DNA of 62,727 nucleotides, filler included, from Rhabdomonas costata (Eukaryota), in assembly GCA_019059605.1 (NCBI GenBank). It is 46 parts of 46 records of this genome, joined end to end, with 100 filler letters (N's around TTAATTAATTAA, not from the genome) between each part and the next. Parts side by side here need not be neighbours in the genome. Positions count along the whole stretch, not along the records: positions 36,878 to 38,143 come from JAHMHO010021356.1; positions 38,244 to 39,509 come from JAHMHO010021357.1; positions 39,610 to 40,875 come from JAHMHO010021358.1; positions 40,976 to 42,241 come from JAHMHO010021359.1; positions 42,342 to 43,607 come from JAHMHO010021360.1; positions 43,708 to 44,973 come from JAHMHO010021361.1; positions 45,074 to 46,339 come from JAHMHO010021362.1; positions 46,440 to 47,705 come from JAHMHO010021363.1; 38 more parts are not named here. One strand, written 5' to 3'. Each line of letters begins with the position of its first letter. Within the stretch, counting starts at the first letter, position 1. Made by a program: the position numbers and the translations under genes. Shown here piece by piece: positions 36,885 through 47,579 of this stretch. The notes beneath the pieces are model-generated. The model saw nothing but the letters and a program-made list of their open reading frames with translations, did not search any database and was not told the origin of the DNA.

Positions 36885-36942
36885 GTTCGAACCGGTGACC
36901 CCTGGATTACAGTTCTGTGGATGCTGGGCCATTACAAGGTGC
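36885..36942 (-). other. Degenerate tRNA-like sequence (possible tRNA-derived SINE head or tRNA pseudogene), truncated by the contig end
   Basis: The minus strand reads TGTAATGGCCCAGCA (D-loop/A-box-like)...ACTGTAA (GTA anticodon-like loop)...AGGGGTCACCGGTTCGAA (variable loop and T-arm/B-box). Stems are imperfect. Confidence 0.35.
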
Positions 36943-39611
36943 AATTCTCTCTCCGAATGGGTATGCGGTGTGGTCCCAGAGGATTCCCGACGAGACTATA
37001 CCAAGCTTTTGGCATTGAGGGTATCTGAGAGGCAAATGAACAGCGGCCCTGTTCACTCGCTCCGGCAGCGTAGCAGCGGATCATGAAGGCAGTGGGTAGC
37101 GCGCCCGGATGATTGACAAGGGTAGTCTCCAACTACGTTCCCTCCGCCACCGAAATTAGCGTCGCGGCGGCAACCTCAAACCGCTTCAGTCACGCTGAGG
37201 TTCATGTATCAGCGCGGCCTGGCCAAACTTTTGTTCTGCAGCTTTCCACTCCTTTCCACTCCCGTTTAAAGGGTCCTGGGGGTGTGGTTTGGGCAAAAAA
37301 AAACTCCCGTGGGGGCATCCCTGGTTATGCCCAAGGAGGCCGCAAGAGGAGAATACAGGGAGAAAACACAACATGTGAACGCGCCGTTTTATTCGGGATC
37401 ATCCGGTGCAAGTACTTCCCATAGTAATATGACTCACTACTTGGAGCAACAATGAACAGCTCTTTCACAAACACCCGCATCACAAGAGCAAAAGTGCCTC
37501 AACCTCGGCCTCGAGGTATGCCACGTGCCCCACCATTCCGCACTCCCAGAACAGCCAGCGGTACGCCGCGGAGCCCAGCTCTCGTACCGCAGCCTCCAGT
37601 TCAGCCAGCATTCCGAAGGTTAGGGCCCCGTCAGAGGCGATGTCCTGGTAGCAGCTGAATTGCTTCGTATCCTACGTCACAAACATCAGTCGTAAATATC
37701 TTGCGTATACGGGGGGGGGGATACCATATGGAGTAGATTTTGGCTGCTCTTGGCTCGCCTTGACAGAAGAACCCTTCTGCCGTCCACATTTCTTGGCGGA
37801 AGCGGAAAAAGAACTGAAGAAGGGGAAGGACAGACAAACTCATTTTTAAGACTGAGGAGGAAGAAGAAGAAATAGAAGACTGAACAAGAATCAAGTATGA
37901 AGAAGCAAATCCACTGAGGAAAAGCAAGGGCATTTTTGTATTTCATTTTTCTTTCGAAATTGCAAAAAAGAGGCCGGCGAAATTGAAAAAAAAAGGGCGG
38001 CGCAGCTTTGGTGCCCTCTGACCCAGGAAGTTCGCAATCGAGTAGACAAGGACGAGTGCGAGACAGAAGCCCAACTGTGTTTCCCATTAGTTCAGGAGAA
38101 CCACACTCAGAAGAGAATTGACACAGGAAAAAGACAACACCACNNNNNNNNNNNNNNNNNNNNNNNNNNNNNNNNNNNNNNNNNNNNTTAATTAATTAAN
38201 NNNNNNNNNNNNNNNNNNNNNNNNNNNNNNNNNNNNNNNNNNNTGTGTGGTGGAGCTGATGGTCGCGCTTCTTGTTATGAAAAATGATTGCGGTGAGGGG
38301 AACTGAACCGACGAAGCAAATTCTCTGTGCAGTGAGCAGCTGGGTCAAATAGCTGAGTTGTTGTAGTCTCCCGCCTTTTTCGCTACTGACGTTTTGCCTC
38401 ACCCCCGACCTGGTCGCGGTTCTCCGATTTGCGTCAGATTTATAGAGAATTTGAACAAACCGGAAGACGGTGCTTCGGCAAAGGTGCGCCGTTCCGTTTT
38501 GTTCAAATTCTCTATTTAATTCAGCCAACGCCGCCCAGGGAAAGGCATGGGTATATGAGTGAACGAATGGATGCAGGTGGCATTGAAACCCTGCACAGCT
38601 TAACAGCAACTGTTCCTGGGTAGGTAGAATGGACAACCAAAACATTTGCTCTGGGAGACGGTTAATTCCTAAACGGTGGAAATCTATTTTGCTGCGGCTA
38701 TGATGCACCGGAACGTATGCTCCAAAACTAACTACTTGCCGTGGTGCCGTGGTCACTTTTCAAAAGTTGTTGGTAGTCATTTTGCTTCCGTGCGGTTCCG
38801 TGGCAAGCGGCTCAGGCTTTCCAGGCATGTCTGTTTTTCTGTCATTGATGTTTGGCATCATACATGTGCTTCGCCTGACAATGATAATTCTGATCGACAG
38901 GCCTGCGGTGTGACGTCTCGTTCTGGCCACTGCCCCCAGACCTTGCCTGGGTCCTTCTCCTGTTTCTGTCGCTGAGCATCGCGGGCTGCGTGGGGGCGTG
39001 CATGGTGAAGCTTCTGCTGGACGCCTGCTCGTGGCTTCTCGGGGGCGACCGAGGGGAGGCCGCAGAGGACGCCGACGAGGAGGCTCAGAGAGGTGCACTT
39101 GTCGTTTTGGGGTGCTGCGCTCTTCAGGATCTCGCAAAGCCTGATACTGGATGAATATCACACGAACGACGATCGGCACTCAATCGAATGGTGGGGGTGA
39201 TATCAGTCTGTTGATGGGGTGGGGCTACCAAAAGGATATGTGGCGTGTGGTGGCATAGGTTTGTCAAGCATGGGGTGCAATTGATGTCAACCATCACCAC
39301 CGGAAGCCGTCACCAATGCGGACAAGTTTTCCCATTGGGCAATACAGTATTGTAGTTGTTAAAGACCCCCCCCCCGTTGCTACGTTCCCACCGCAGCGCC
39401 CGCTCCGGCCAGCGTATGGTGTCCAACTCGTCCGCACAAATCCTAGGAACAGGGTAGTACTCAACCAACCAATCTGGTTTCATGTGCAAACCAGGAGTAC
39501 ACAAAACACNNNNNNNNNNNNNNNNNNNNNNNNNNNNNNNNNNNNNNNNNNNNTTAATTAATTAANNNNNNNNNNNNNNNNNNNNNNNNNNNNNNNNNNN
39601 NNNNNNNNNAT

Positions 39612-39962
39612 GGGTTTTTTTCATGAGACCACCACTCGGTGCAGGGGCTGTTCAGAATGAAGAGGATGATCCGGCACAACGACTCACTGTCTCTGAGTAA
39701 CCCCACCAATGCCATCGCCAGTCGGTAGGACCTGTGGCCCCATGAAAAGAACCCAAATATTAATTATGCTACGGGGGCTACGGATGGCAAGGTGACCTCT
39801 TGGAAGATTGTCGTGCAGCAGGGCGACGGGTTGTTCGCGGTGAGCGGTCCCACGACGGACCTGCAGCCTGCCTTTCGATGGTCGCAGTTCCCGCACATGC
39901 TGCACCCTGGGCAGCCCGAGGCGTTCCGTTTTTTTTGCGCTTCGACTTTAACACCAGCCTGA
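39612..39962 (+). pseudogene. Phospholipase B-like (PLBD/LAMA family) C-terminal region with two in-frame stops
   Basis: One frame reads FS*DHHSVQGLFRMKRMIRHND...NPTNAIASR*DL...GATDGKVTS...AVSGPTTDLQPAFRWSQF...HPGQPEAFRF. TGA is at 39624-26 and TAG at 39726-28. Confidence 0.85.
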
Positions 39963-41197
39963 GCGACGCCCGGGAATTGTAAAAGGGTAAACTAATGCAC
40001 CGCTGCTCACACCCACACACACGAAAGCGGAGATTCTGAAAGGCGGGTCCTCTAGTGGCCCTCGTTTTTGGTGGGCTTGTAGTTAGCTCAGTTTCCGAAC
40101 GCCGCACGACGACGCGTCTTTTTTTTTTTTGCATGTTTTCAGCCTCGCAAATTTCTCCTACCTTATCGTCCTCAGTGTGCTTTTCCTCTGGAGTGTTGCA
40201 CAATGATACTCCAGTCGCTGCTTTTTGATACTTTTTGTACCGAACACCGAGCCTTACTCGGCCAAATTTCGCTGCAATGGGGCGAAGAGCATGCATTGCA
40301 TAGCTAAAACAGCACTATTGGTCAAACGGAAGTGGTATTGCGGTTTGGGGGCCACATAGTGGGATTTAGTTGAGGCTGCTCCCACTCCCTCAACTCTGTA
40401 AACCCCAGATGCTTCGGATTTTGTTCTGGAAATGCAGTGGTTGCGAAAATCTGCCTTTTGCCCGCCTCCCTTTCCCATTACAGTGAAGCTCAGAAAGAAC
40501 GTCGACAGGCGCACAACCAAAGGCTGAGCAAACCATTTTTTCGAGTTTCAGTTCTCGCCCAAGGGCAAACCATTAAGTAAGAAAAAGCGACATCAGCAGG
40601 CACAACCAGCATTCTTGGTATGCTTGATGCACTCCCTCCTCCTCCCCTCCTGATCAAACTTTTTTAATGAATATTAGAACGTTTGTCTCTGCAGCCTACT
40701 GGCTGCTCATGGCGCAATGCAGTCCAGTTGAGGAATCCGGGGGAGGGTGGATGCGGGCATCTCCGGTTCTATCCCTAGCCTCTTTAAAAATAGCTGAAAG
40801 ACCATTGACGCGGGTTATGTCATGGGTGTTTTTCGGGCCGCTATTCAGCAGCCCATGACACAACACCCCAACCACNNNNNNNNNNNNNNNNNNNNNNNNN
40901 NNNNNNNNNNNNNNNNNNNTTAATTAATTAANNNNNNNNNNNNNNNNNNNNNNNNNNNNNNNNNNNNNNNNNNNNTTTTTGGTTGTGTTTTGCTCGACAC
41001 GGCGTGCGAGTACGGCAATCGAATGAAATCATCGTGGCAATTGTCGTAAGCCGAACTTCGCATGGGACTTTCCGTTGATCACTGCAGCCATCGTGGAACA
41101 ATACCTGACATTAATCTCTTTTACCAGTATTAAACGCTTTTGCGCTCACAGTCCAAAAGGGAAGTGTACAACACAGATGTCTCTCGGTTGAGATGAA

Positions 41198-42232
41198 ATG
41201 GGCAGCACTGGAAGAATCCTGCTGGAAGTGTCTTTCGTGAGTGGTGGTGTGTTGCTAGCGATAGCTTCTTGCACAGTTGCTTACACGTCAATCAACACGT
41301 GGTTCAGTTCTATGGCAGGTGCACGGCACAAAAGTGACCATGGCATTAGGGGAATGAGCACCCCAATGAAGATGGGCTGGTTTAATATTAATCAACCACG
41401 CAGCACACCCTCGGCGCACACAACGTCGGATTCATACTTACCTCTGTTCCGGCGCAGCTGCTCCAGCAGCTGGTCAATCCTCCCACGGACCTCTGCGCTG
41501 CCCAAGTCTAAGTCAGCTCGAATCACAAATGAGAACAGCGCGCTCTTGCTCCCGAAGCTCATGGAAGATCTGCACCGCAGGTACCACCAGCACAACGAAA
41601 CAAACATTTCCGCTCAAAAAAGAATTGTGGAAGGAACTTCGGACTTTTATCCAGAAGTACGGCTTATGGGCACTTTATGTACCAAATATTTTCGACGCGT
41701 TTGCTCTCCGCGGCTCCAGATCCCAGAAGAACTGGTTCTCACCTTCACTGAAAAAACCCACAAGGCAACGTCTTAACTTGTAATGTGGCTGGAGGGAGCC
41801 CTGGATGAAATCCTTTCGGAGTCAGCCCTTGAGACGTGGTCTTGCAGAAAACTTGGACTAAGGCTGCACGAGGCTCGTGGGTTGCCCATTTGCCCCTTGA
41901 GCACGATGGCAGCACCACCTTTACTGCGGGGTTCCAGGTGCCAGCTTCCGCGTTGGTCTTCCTTTTGCAGGTGCGACAACGGGGTGCGGCGGTTGCCGCG
42001 CCTCGCAAGACATGTTCGGGACCATGCCTGGTCTTGCCATGTCTGTGGGAGTTATGCCAGGCACAACTTGCTGCGCGACGCGTTGGCCGAGAAGTACCAT
42101 AGGGCCGGAGTTCCAACGAGACTGGAACGGCCCCTTCCAGATGGTGGGTTTCGTCTCGACGTGCTCATTACGGAATCCAGCGAAACCACTCCCGTGGTGG
42201 TCCCCTGCCTTCCTCTTCAACTGCGGAAGTAA
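41198..42232 (+). mobile_element. Decayed non-LTR retrotransposon 3' region with a zinc knuckle and restriction-like endonuclease (CRE-like)
   Basis: CRC...DHAWSC..GSYARHNLLRDALA...AG..E.....RLDV matches the CCHC-RHN-E-RPD layout. Upstream STPMKMGWFNI resembles the post-RT LP...GGLG motif. In-frame TAA at 41774-76; no introns. Confidence 0.8.
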
Positions 42233-44319
42233 CCCCAACACNNNNNNNNNNNNNNNNNNNNNNNNNNNNNNNNNNNNNNNNNNNNTTAATTAATTAANNN
42301 NNNNNNNNNNNNNNNNNNNNNNNNNNNNNNNNNNNNNNNNNGGGGTGGGTGGGGGTGGTTGGCATGGTTATCATTTTCACTAAGGAGGCGAAATGCATTT
42401 CGTTTTCAAGCCAGATTTTGGACCGCACAGCTCCGCGCAGCGGCCTAAACCCTGCTCGTTCACCGAAGCTAAGCAGCTAACTCGTCCCCAGCCAGCATTT
42501 GTTTGGAGTACTGCCCTAACCCGTACTGGCTCAGAAAGATTGACGCACGCGAAACCTCGGCCACCCAACCAAACCGAAAAGGTCAAGCGCGCGAGGGCAT
42601 TTACGTGCGGAGCAGACTAGCCATATAAAACCGACCGCAAGTCGGCTGCGTGCGTAAGGAGCAAGGCTCGACCTTTGGCAACACGGTCATTTCGAGCATG
42701 TGGACGCGGTTTATCGACCCTGTTCTGGAGAAAATAATACTTTGCCACAAATAGTGAACAATGGTGACAATTAACCCTTGACAACTGGCAACTGGGCCCA
42801 GCCAAACAGCAGGTAAGCCTCATTTTGTCCAAAAGAACAGTAAAGTCAGTGACATGAAAATATAAGTTCGATGGGAGCAACGAACCGGTGCAAGGTGCAG
42901 TGAGTCATGCCGTCTGAAGACGAAGGTACGTGCCCACGAAATGCCGTGGGTTACAGGGACTGTGAACCTTCTTCTCAGTAGGCAGCTCTCTTTCAGGAAG
43001 TTTTGCGGGGGCCTGGAGCGGTGAAAAAAACTCACTGAAAAAACTAATTTTCCCAAATGAAGCCGCCTTTCACCAAAAAGAGCGGCAATTCGCACGTACA
43101 CGAATAATTGCTGGGTCTATAGCTACACTGTGTACTGCAGGTTTATGAAGATTAGCGTGTGTCATCTCGTTCTCTGGCATCGACCGCCCCACAAATTTTC
43201 GAAAGATCAGCAGGCAAAGGCTGAACTGAACTGCTCAACGTCCAGGGGATTATGCGTCAGCCGTGGTTAAAAGTACTTATCTGAGTGACGAAATGCATAG
43301 AAAGATGCCGCTGCCAAGAGAAAAACTAAAGTGTTGATCAACGTTTCAAAATCCCCGTTGGGTATAATGATTTTTTCGAAGGTCGTCCCTTTTTGCCCTT
43401 TTGTACTGACTTCGTATGCGCGCTGGGTGGGACGAAAGAGTAACCAGCACAAAAGTGATGGGGATGCCACATTCTCCAAACACGAAGCCCATTTCTCGGA
43501 AAGACGACGAAATTTGAGACCAGTGACATTGGATACACACAACAAACCACGAACGCAGCACTCTTTGGGCGTGCAGACGAACGAGCTGCAGGTGATCAAC
43601 GATGAGTNNNNNNNNNNNNNNNNNNNNNNNNNNNNNNNNNNNNNNNNNNNNTTAATTAATTAANNNNNNNNNNNNNNNNNNNNNNNNNNNNNNNNNNNNN
43701 NNNNNNNAAAACCCCCACCAAAAACATGAAAAACATCAAAAATCCACTCCTTACACCAAATTACACCACTCTTACACCATCAATCAACGCATTTCTGTCC
43801 GTGTAATGCCTCTTGTTGGTTTCTGCGCAAACCTATCCTTACACCGCACTCCAAGATGCACTCTAGGGGCATTAAAGTTACAAAAATCACCACTTAATAC
43901 AGAGTGATTGGTGCAAGCCGTGAAAAAAATGAAAGAAAAAAAGCGCAAAAATACCCGTTATTCTTTTTTTTTTTGCCATTTTTTCACCAAAATCCAAAAA
44001 ATTGCCGGCTCTACTCCGTATGTGAATACGACTTGATACCCCATTGGAATGGAAGATACCCCATTGGAATGGAAGCCTAGTGAGGGTGAAAAAAGACGAA
44101 AAGTGTAAAAAAGCGAAGAGGTGGAAGAAAAAACCCACCTCTGTATCCCCTTGCATGCTTTTGAAACGGAGTAGGGATACGTAGTAGTGGGTTTTGGGCC
44201 CCCAATAGTCACTCGCTGCGCTCGTTCCTCAGTTTACTTAGCTCGCATACGTTCGCTGCTCGCTCCGTATGCTCGCTAGCGCGAAACAGCCAAGATAGCC
44301 TTACTTGGTCTTGGTCCAG

Positions 44320-44649
44320 GCCGGGGATACGGGGTGCGTGTACAACAACGGGGAGGTGACCACCCCGAAGGGCTGGAAGGAGGCGTACAAGCAGTACTGC
44401 GAGGCAGGCTGGCCTGGGCTTTCGATGCCCCGCAATACGGAGACCAGGGAATGCCACCTTCCTTGGGTCTGGCCCGATCTGAGGTTAGACCGTCTTTTGC
44501 CTGTCTCTTAAATCTATTTGGTTCCGGGGACTGGTTTTCGTTGCATTTTTCCTCTCAGATGATGTCGACCGCAAGCTGGAAGTGGGGGATGTACCCCCGG
44601 GCTGTTGATGGGCTGTATGGAGACCATTCTTCTTCACGGGACTGACTAC
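44320..44649 (+). pseudogene. Acyl-CoA dehydrogenase (long FadE5/DmdC-like type) N-terminal exons 44320-44483 and 44559-44649, with two frameshifts
   Basis: GDTGCVYNNGEVTTPKGWKEAYKQYCEAGWPGLSMP/QYGDQGMPPSL...E|MMSTASWKWGMYP/GLLMGCMETILLHGT. There is a -1 shift at the C-run 44428-31 and a +1 shift at the C-run 44594-98, plus a 75-nt GT-AG intron. Confidence 0.8.
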
Positions 44650-45302
44650 GTATCGCGGCCTGCCCTTCTTTCCCAGTTGGTCATATCCTGTCATTGGTTG
44701 CTTAGATGCTCGAAATTGTTGCACGCAACCCCACCTTCGCTATGCTCAGATGCCCAACCCTCCGTTCGTAAGGGGCTGAAGGGGAGGCCACCGACGCCGC
44801 CATCATCTTCCTACGGCTACGCCTTCGTGACTCAACTGTCGGGATAAGGCACAGGAACAGCTTTTCTACTTTATTCTCCAGCAATCCTCTTCATTTCCAC
44901 ATTCTCTTGTGCTCTCTCACAACGACAATAGATTGCCCCCCCCCCTTCCAGTGGTGAGAGGCAGCGATAGGTANNNNNNNNNNNNNNNNNNNNNNNNNNN
45001 NNNNNNNNNNNNNNNNNTTAATTAATTAANNNNNNNNNNNNNNNNNNNNNNNNNNNNNNNNNNNNNNNNNNNNTTGTTGTGGGTTCAGAGTCAGTGACAG
45101 TGGAGACGATATAGTGCTGAGGTGGGCAACCGACATCGCTTCTGGTGGAAAGTTATGTGCGTGATCGTGGAGGAATGAATCGTCATGTGCTCAGCGTCCT
45201 CTGGTCTTCTATCGGATTGACAGGGGGTGCCCAAAAGTACTTGGTAATTTTCCAAGTAGTAGTTTTTGGTGAATCATACTGTTTACGTGGGCCCTTCTGT
45301 AG

Positions 45303-46044
45303 GGCTCGGCAGTGGGTATCGTGGATCCGGCTCGAGCTAGGGCGGCCTCTGAGGAGTCCGATCGTGCCTCTCAGCGGGGCACCCCACGTCACCCCTCGTC
45401 TCACGGCTCGGCCGCCGCTGCCCCACCGTACCGCCCTTCCCAAGATGAGATCATGGCCCAGGTTCCCCCTCCCCTCCTGACTTTTTGCCATAGCGCTTCA
45501 GCAGGGGACCTTCTGCTTCAATGCACACTGCACACTCATGCTTGTGCTGGCGGAAAGTTCTCTCTATCATTCCTCGCCTAACGGTTGTGCTTCACCTTTG
45601 GGACCAATCTCAGCACTGCCGCTTCGGTTATCATCTCCATTGTACTGCACCGCTCCCCTTTGAATTTGAAAGTCCTTTTCTGTCCTTTTCTGGTTTTCTT
45701 GTTGGGGGGAAGCGGGGGAGGGATCTCCGCAGCTGTCAAGCCTGTGGTCTCGAGCATGGTGAGGAACTGCCACATGCCAAACGCAGAGCGTACGTATCAC
45801 GGATCACGAGGAATTTTTCACTCTCTCCACCGCAGACCAAAAGGGTCCTTCAGATGTGTACACTGCTGCTATTGAGAAGACGGGTCTCTCTATGTCTGTG
45901 ACTGTGGTGTCAGGTGCACCATTACTTCTCTGACGAGGCTCTGGCGCGAGACCCTCACCTGCAGCGGTGGGTGGAGTGCTCCGAGGACGGCTCGGTGCCG
46001 CTGGGCGTGGTTGCCTCCCTGCCCAGGGTCAGGGTGCTCAGCAG
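45303..46044 (+). CDS. La-motif (LAM) RNA-binding protein, exons 45303-45461 and 45914-46044
   Basis: Spliced DEIMAQ|VHHYFSDEALARDPHLQRWVECSEDGSVPLGVVASLPRVRVLS aligns with the La motif Q.EYYF.D.NL.RD.FL...DG.VPL....F.R. Confidence 0.8.
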
Positions 46045-46885
46045 GTATGTCTGTGACTGAAGCAAAATACTGGGCCGTCCAAAATCCCAAGGGTGGAGTA
46101 GTCTCCGTTACCGCTGGTAACCATTTTTTACATGGGAGTAAGGTTTTTGATATTCGTTGAGGCCCAGGTCACGTTCCCGTCCCGCCTCAGCTGCCCGCTC
46201 CGACCGCGCCGTGGACTGGCCTTTGCCCCTAAACAAATTGCTGTCCTTCTTGTCCGCCGGTGAGTCCTCAGCCAGCGTTGGGCTGCCATTGCAAAAACTC
46301 TCACTGGGGAGCACTGGCAAAGAGTACCGAACCACCAACNNNNNNNNNNNNNNNNNNNNNNNNNNNNNNNNNNNNNNNNNNNNTTAATTAATTAANNNNN
46401 NNNNNNNNNNNNNNNNNNNNNNNNNNNNNNNNNNNNNNNGGTGTGGGGTGGGTTCTACCAGGTGCCTAGCTGGCCTCTGCAGCCGGCCTCTGGAACCTCA
46501 TCAATCGTCGCGAACCTCATCGGAAATGTGGAGGGAGGCGGAGTGGGACCACTTATTTCGGCCCAAAACTTCGCCCCTCCGGCGTGGTCACTCTCACTCC
46601 CGGACCGGACCGGACCGGACTGGAGACCTTTTAGGGCCTTTTCGATTCAAGCTTTCGGCCGGGCCAGCTTAGCATACCCAAGGGTATGCTAATGTATGGG
46701 CTTTCTTGTCTTGGGCACTTGCACGGCGCCTGCCACGAATGACGGGGCGCACAGGAGCAAGACACGCTGAAACCAGCCAAGAACCGTGCCGCGGTTGGGT
46801 TTTTGTCGAGCGGTTAGGAGACCATGTCCAGCGGGTTCCCCCTCATTCTTTTGTGGTCTCATTCCATTTCCGCCGCCTGCGCCTT

Positions 46886-47579
46886 GCGAGCGGAAATAGA
46901 GACCGCTTTGGCGGGTTCCCACCTTGTTTGCTTGTGTTTCCGGGTGTCATTGGCTTTGACCAAGCTCGCAGTGAACAAGGGCGGAGGTGCGACGACCCAA
47001 AGCGAGCTCTCTTTGAAATAAAGAAGCCCCAAAAAACGTGCGTACGTGTGGGTGTGGGTGTCTGGTTGCAGGACTGGGTGGCGCAACCCCCCGTTCCCGC
47101 GGACAGCTCTGAGGTGACCTCAGACTTGGCCGCGGTGCTGCAGGCGCTGCGCGAGGAGGTGTGCTCGGAGGACTTCCCCGCTCCCACCAGCCCCTCGGCA
47201 CCCGAGGCCTGCAATACGTCGACGTCGACGGGGTGTCAGTTAGCAGGTGGAGCGGTTCCTGGGCATCCCGAGGGAGGTGGCTGTGACCTTATATTCGCCT
47301 TAACAGCCCGCCCACCTGCACGTTGTGCCAGCACTGACTTAATTGTGCGTGTTTTCGCTGTCTCTCGCCGTTACGCACTTGTTCTATTCCTCCATTTTTA
47401 GAAGCGTTTTTAATTCGGATCCACAGAAAATTAGAGGTTTTTTGTGGGGGCTTGTTTTTTCTTTTGAAAGCTCGCTTTGGGTCGTCGCACCCCCGGCCCT
47501 TAATCACTGCGAGCTCGGTCAATGCCACCGGAAATGGAAAAGGCGGGAATCCGCCAAGGCGGTCTTTAATTCCGCTCGC
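46886..47579. repeat. Pair of diverged ~150-bp inverted repeats (46886-47037, 47437-47579) flanking a probable exon starting at 47072
   Basis: Shared cores GCGAGCGGAA, AGCTCGCAGTGA and GGTGCGACGACCCAAAGCGAGCT in opposite orientation, with indels and substitutions. Confidence 0.85.

Noticed and set aside
39624-39728. Stop-codon reassignment suggested by in-frame TGA/TAG
   Set aside because: The TGA sits at an expected Arg position, a deletion accompanies the stops, and the intact conserved exons (OvoA, IMPDH, SPEF2, M23) contain no in-frame stops. A pseudogene is simpler.
44036-44074. Short tandem duplications (20-mer here; 21-mer at ~35068-35109; 15-mer at ~54399-54436)
   Set aside because: Two to three copies without spacers; ordinary slippage duplications, not CRISPR.
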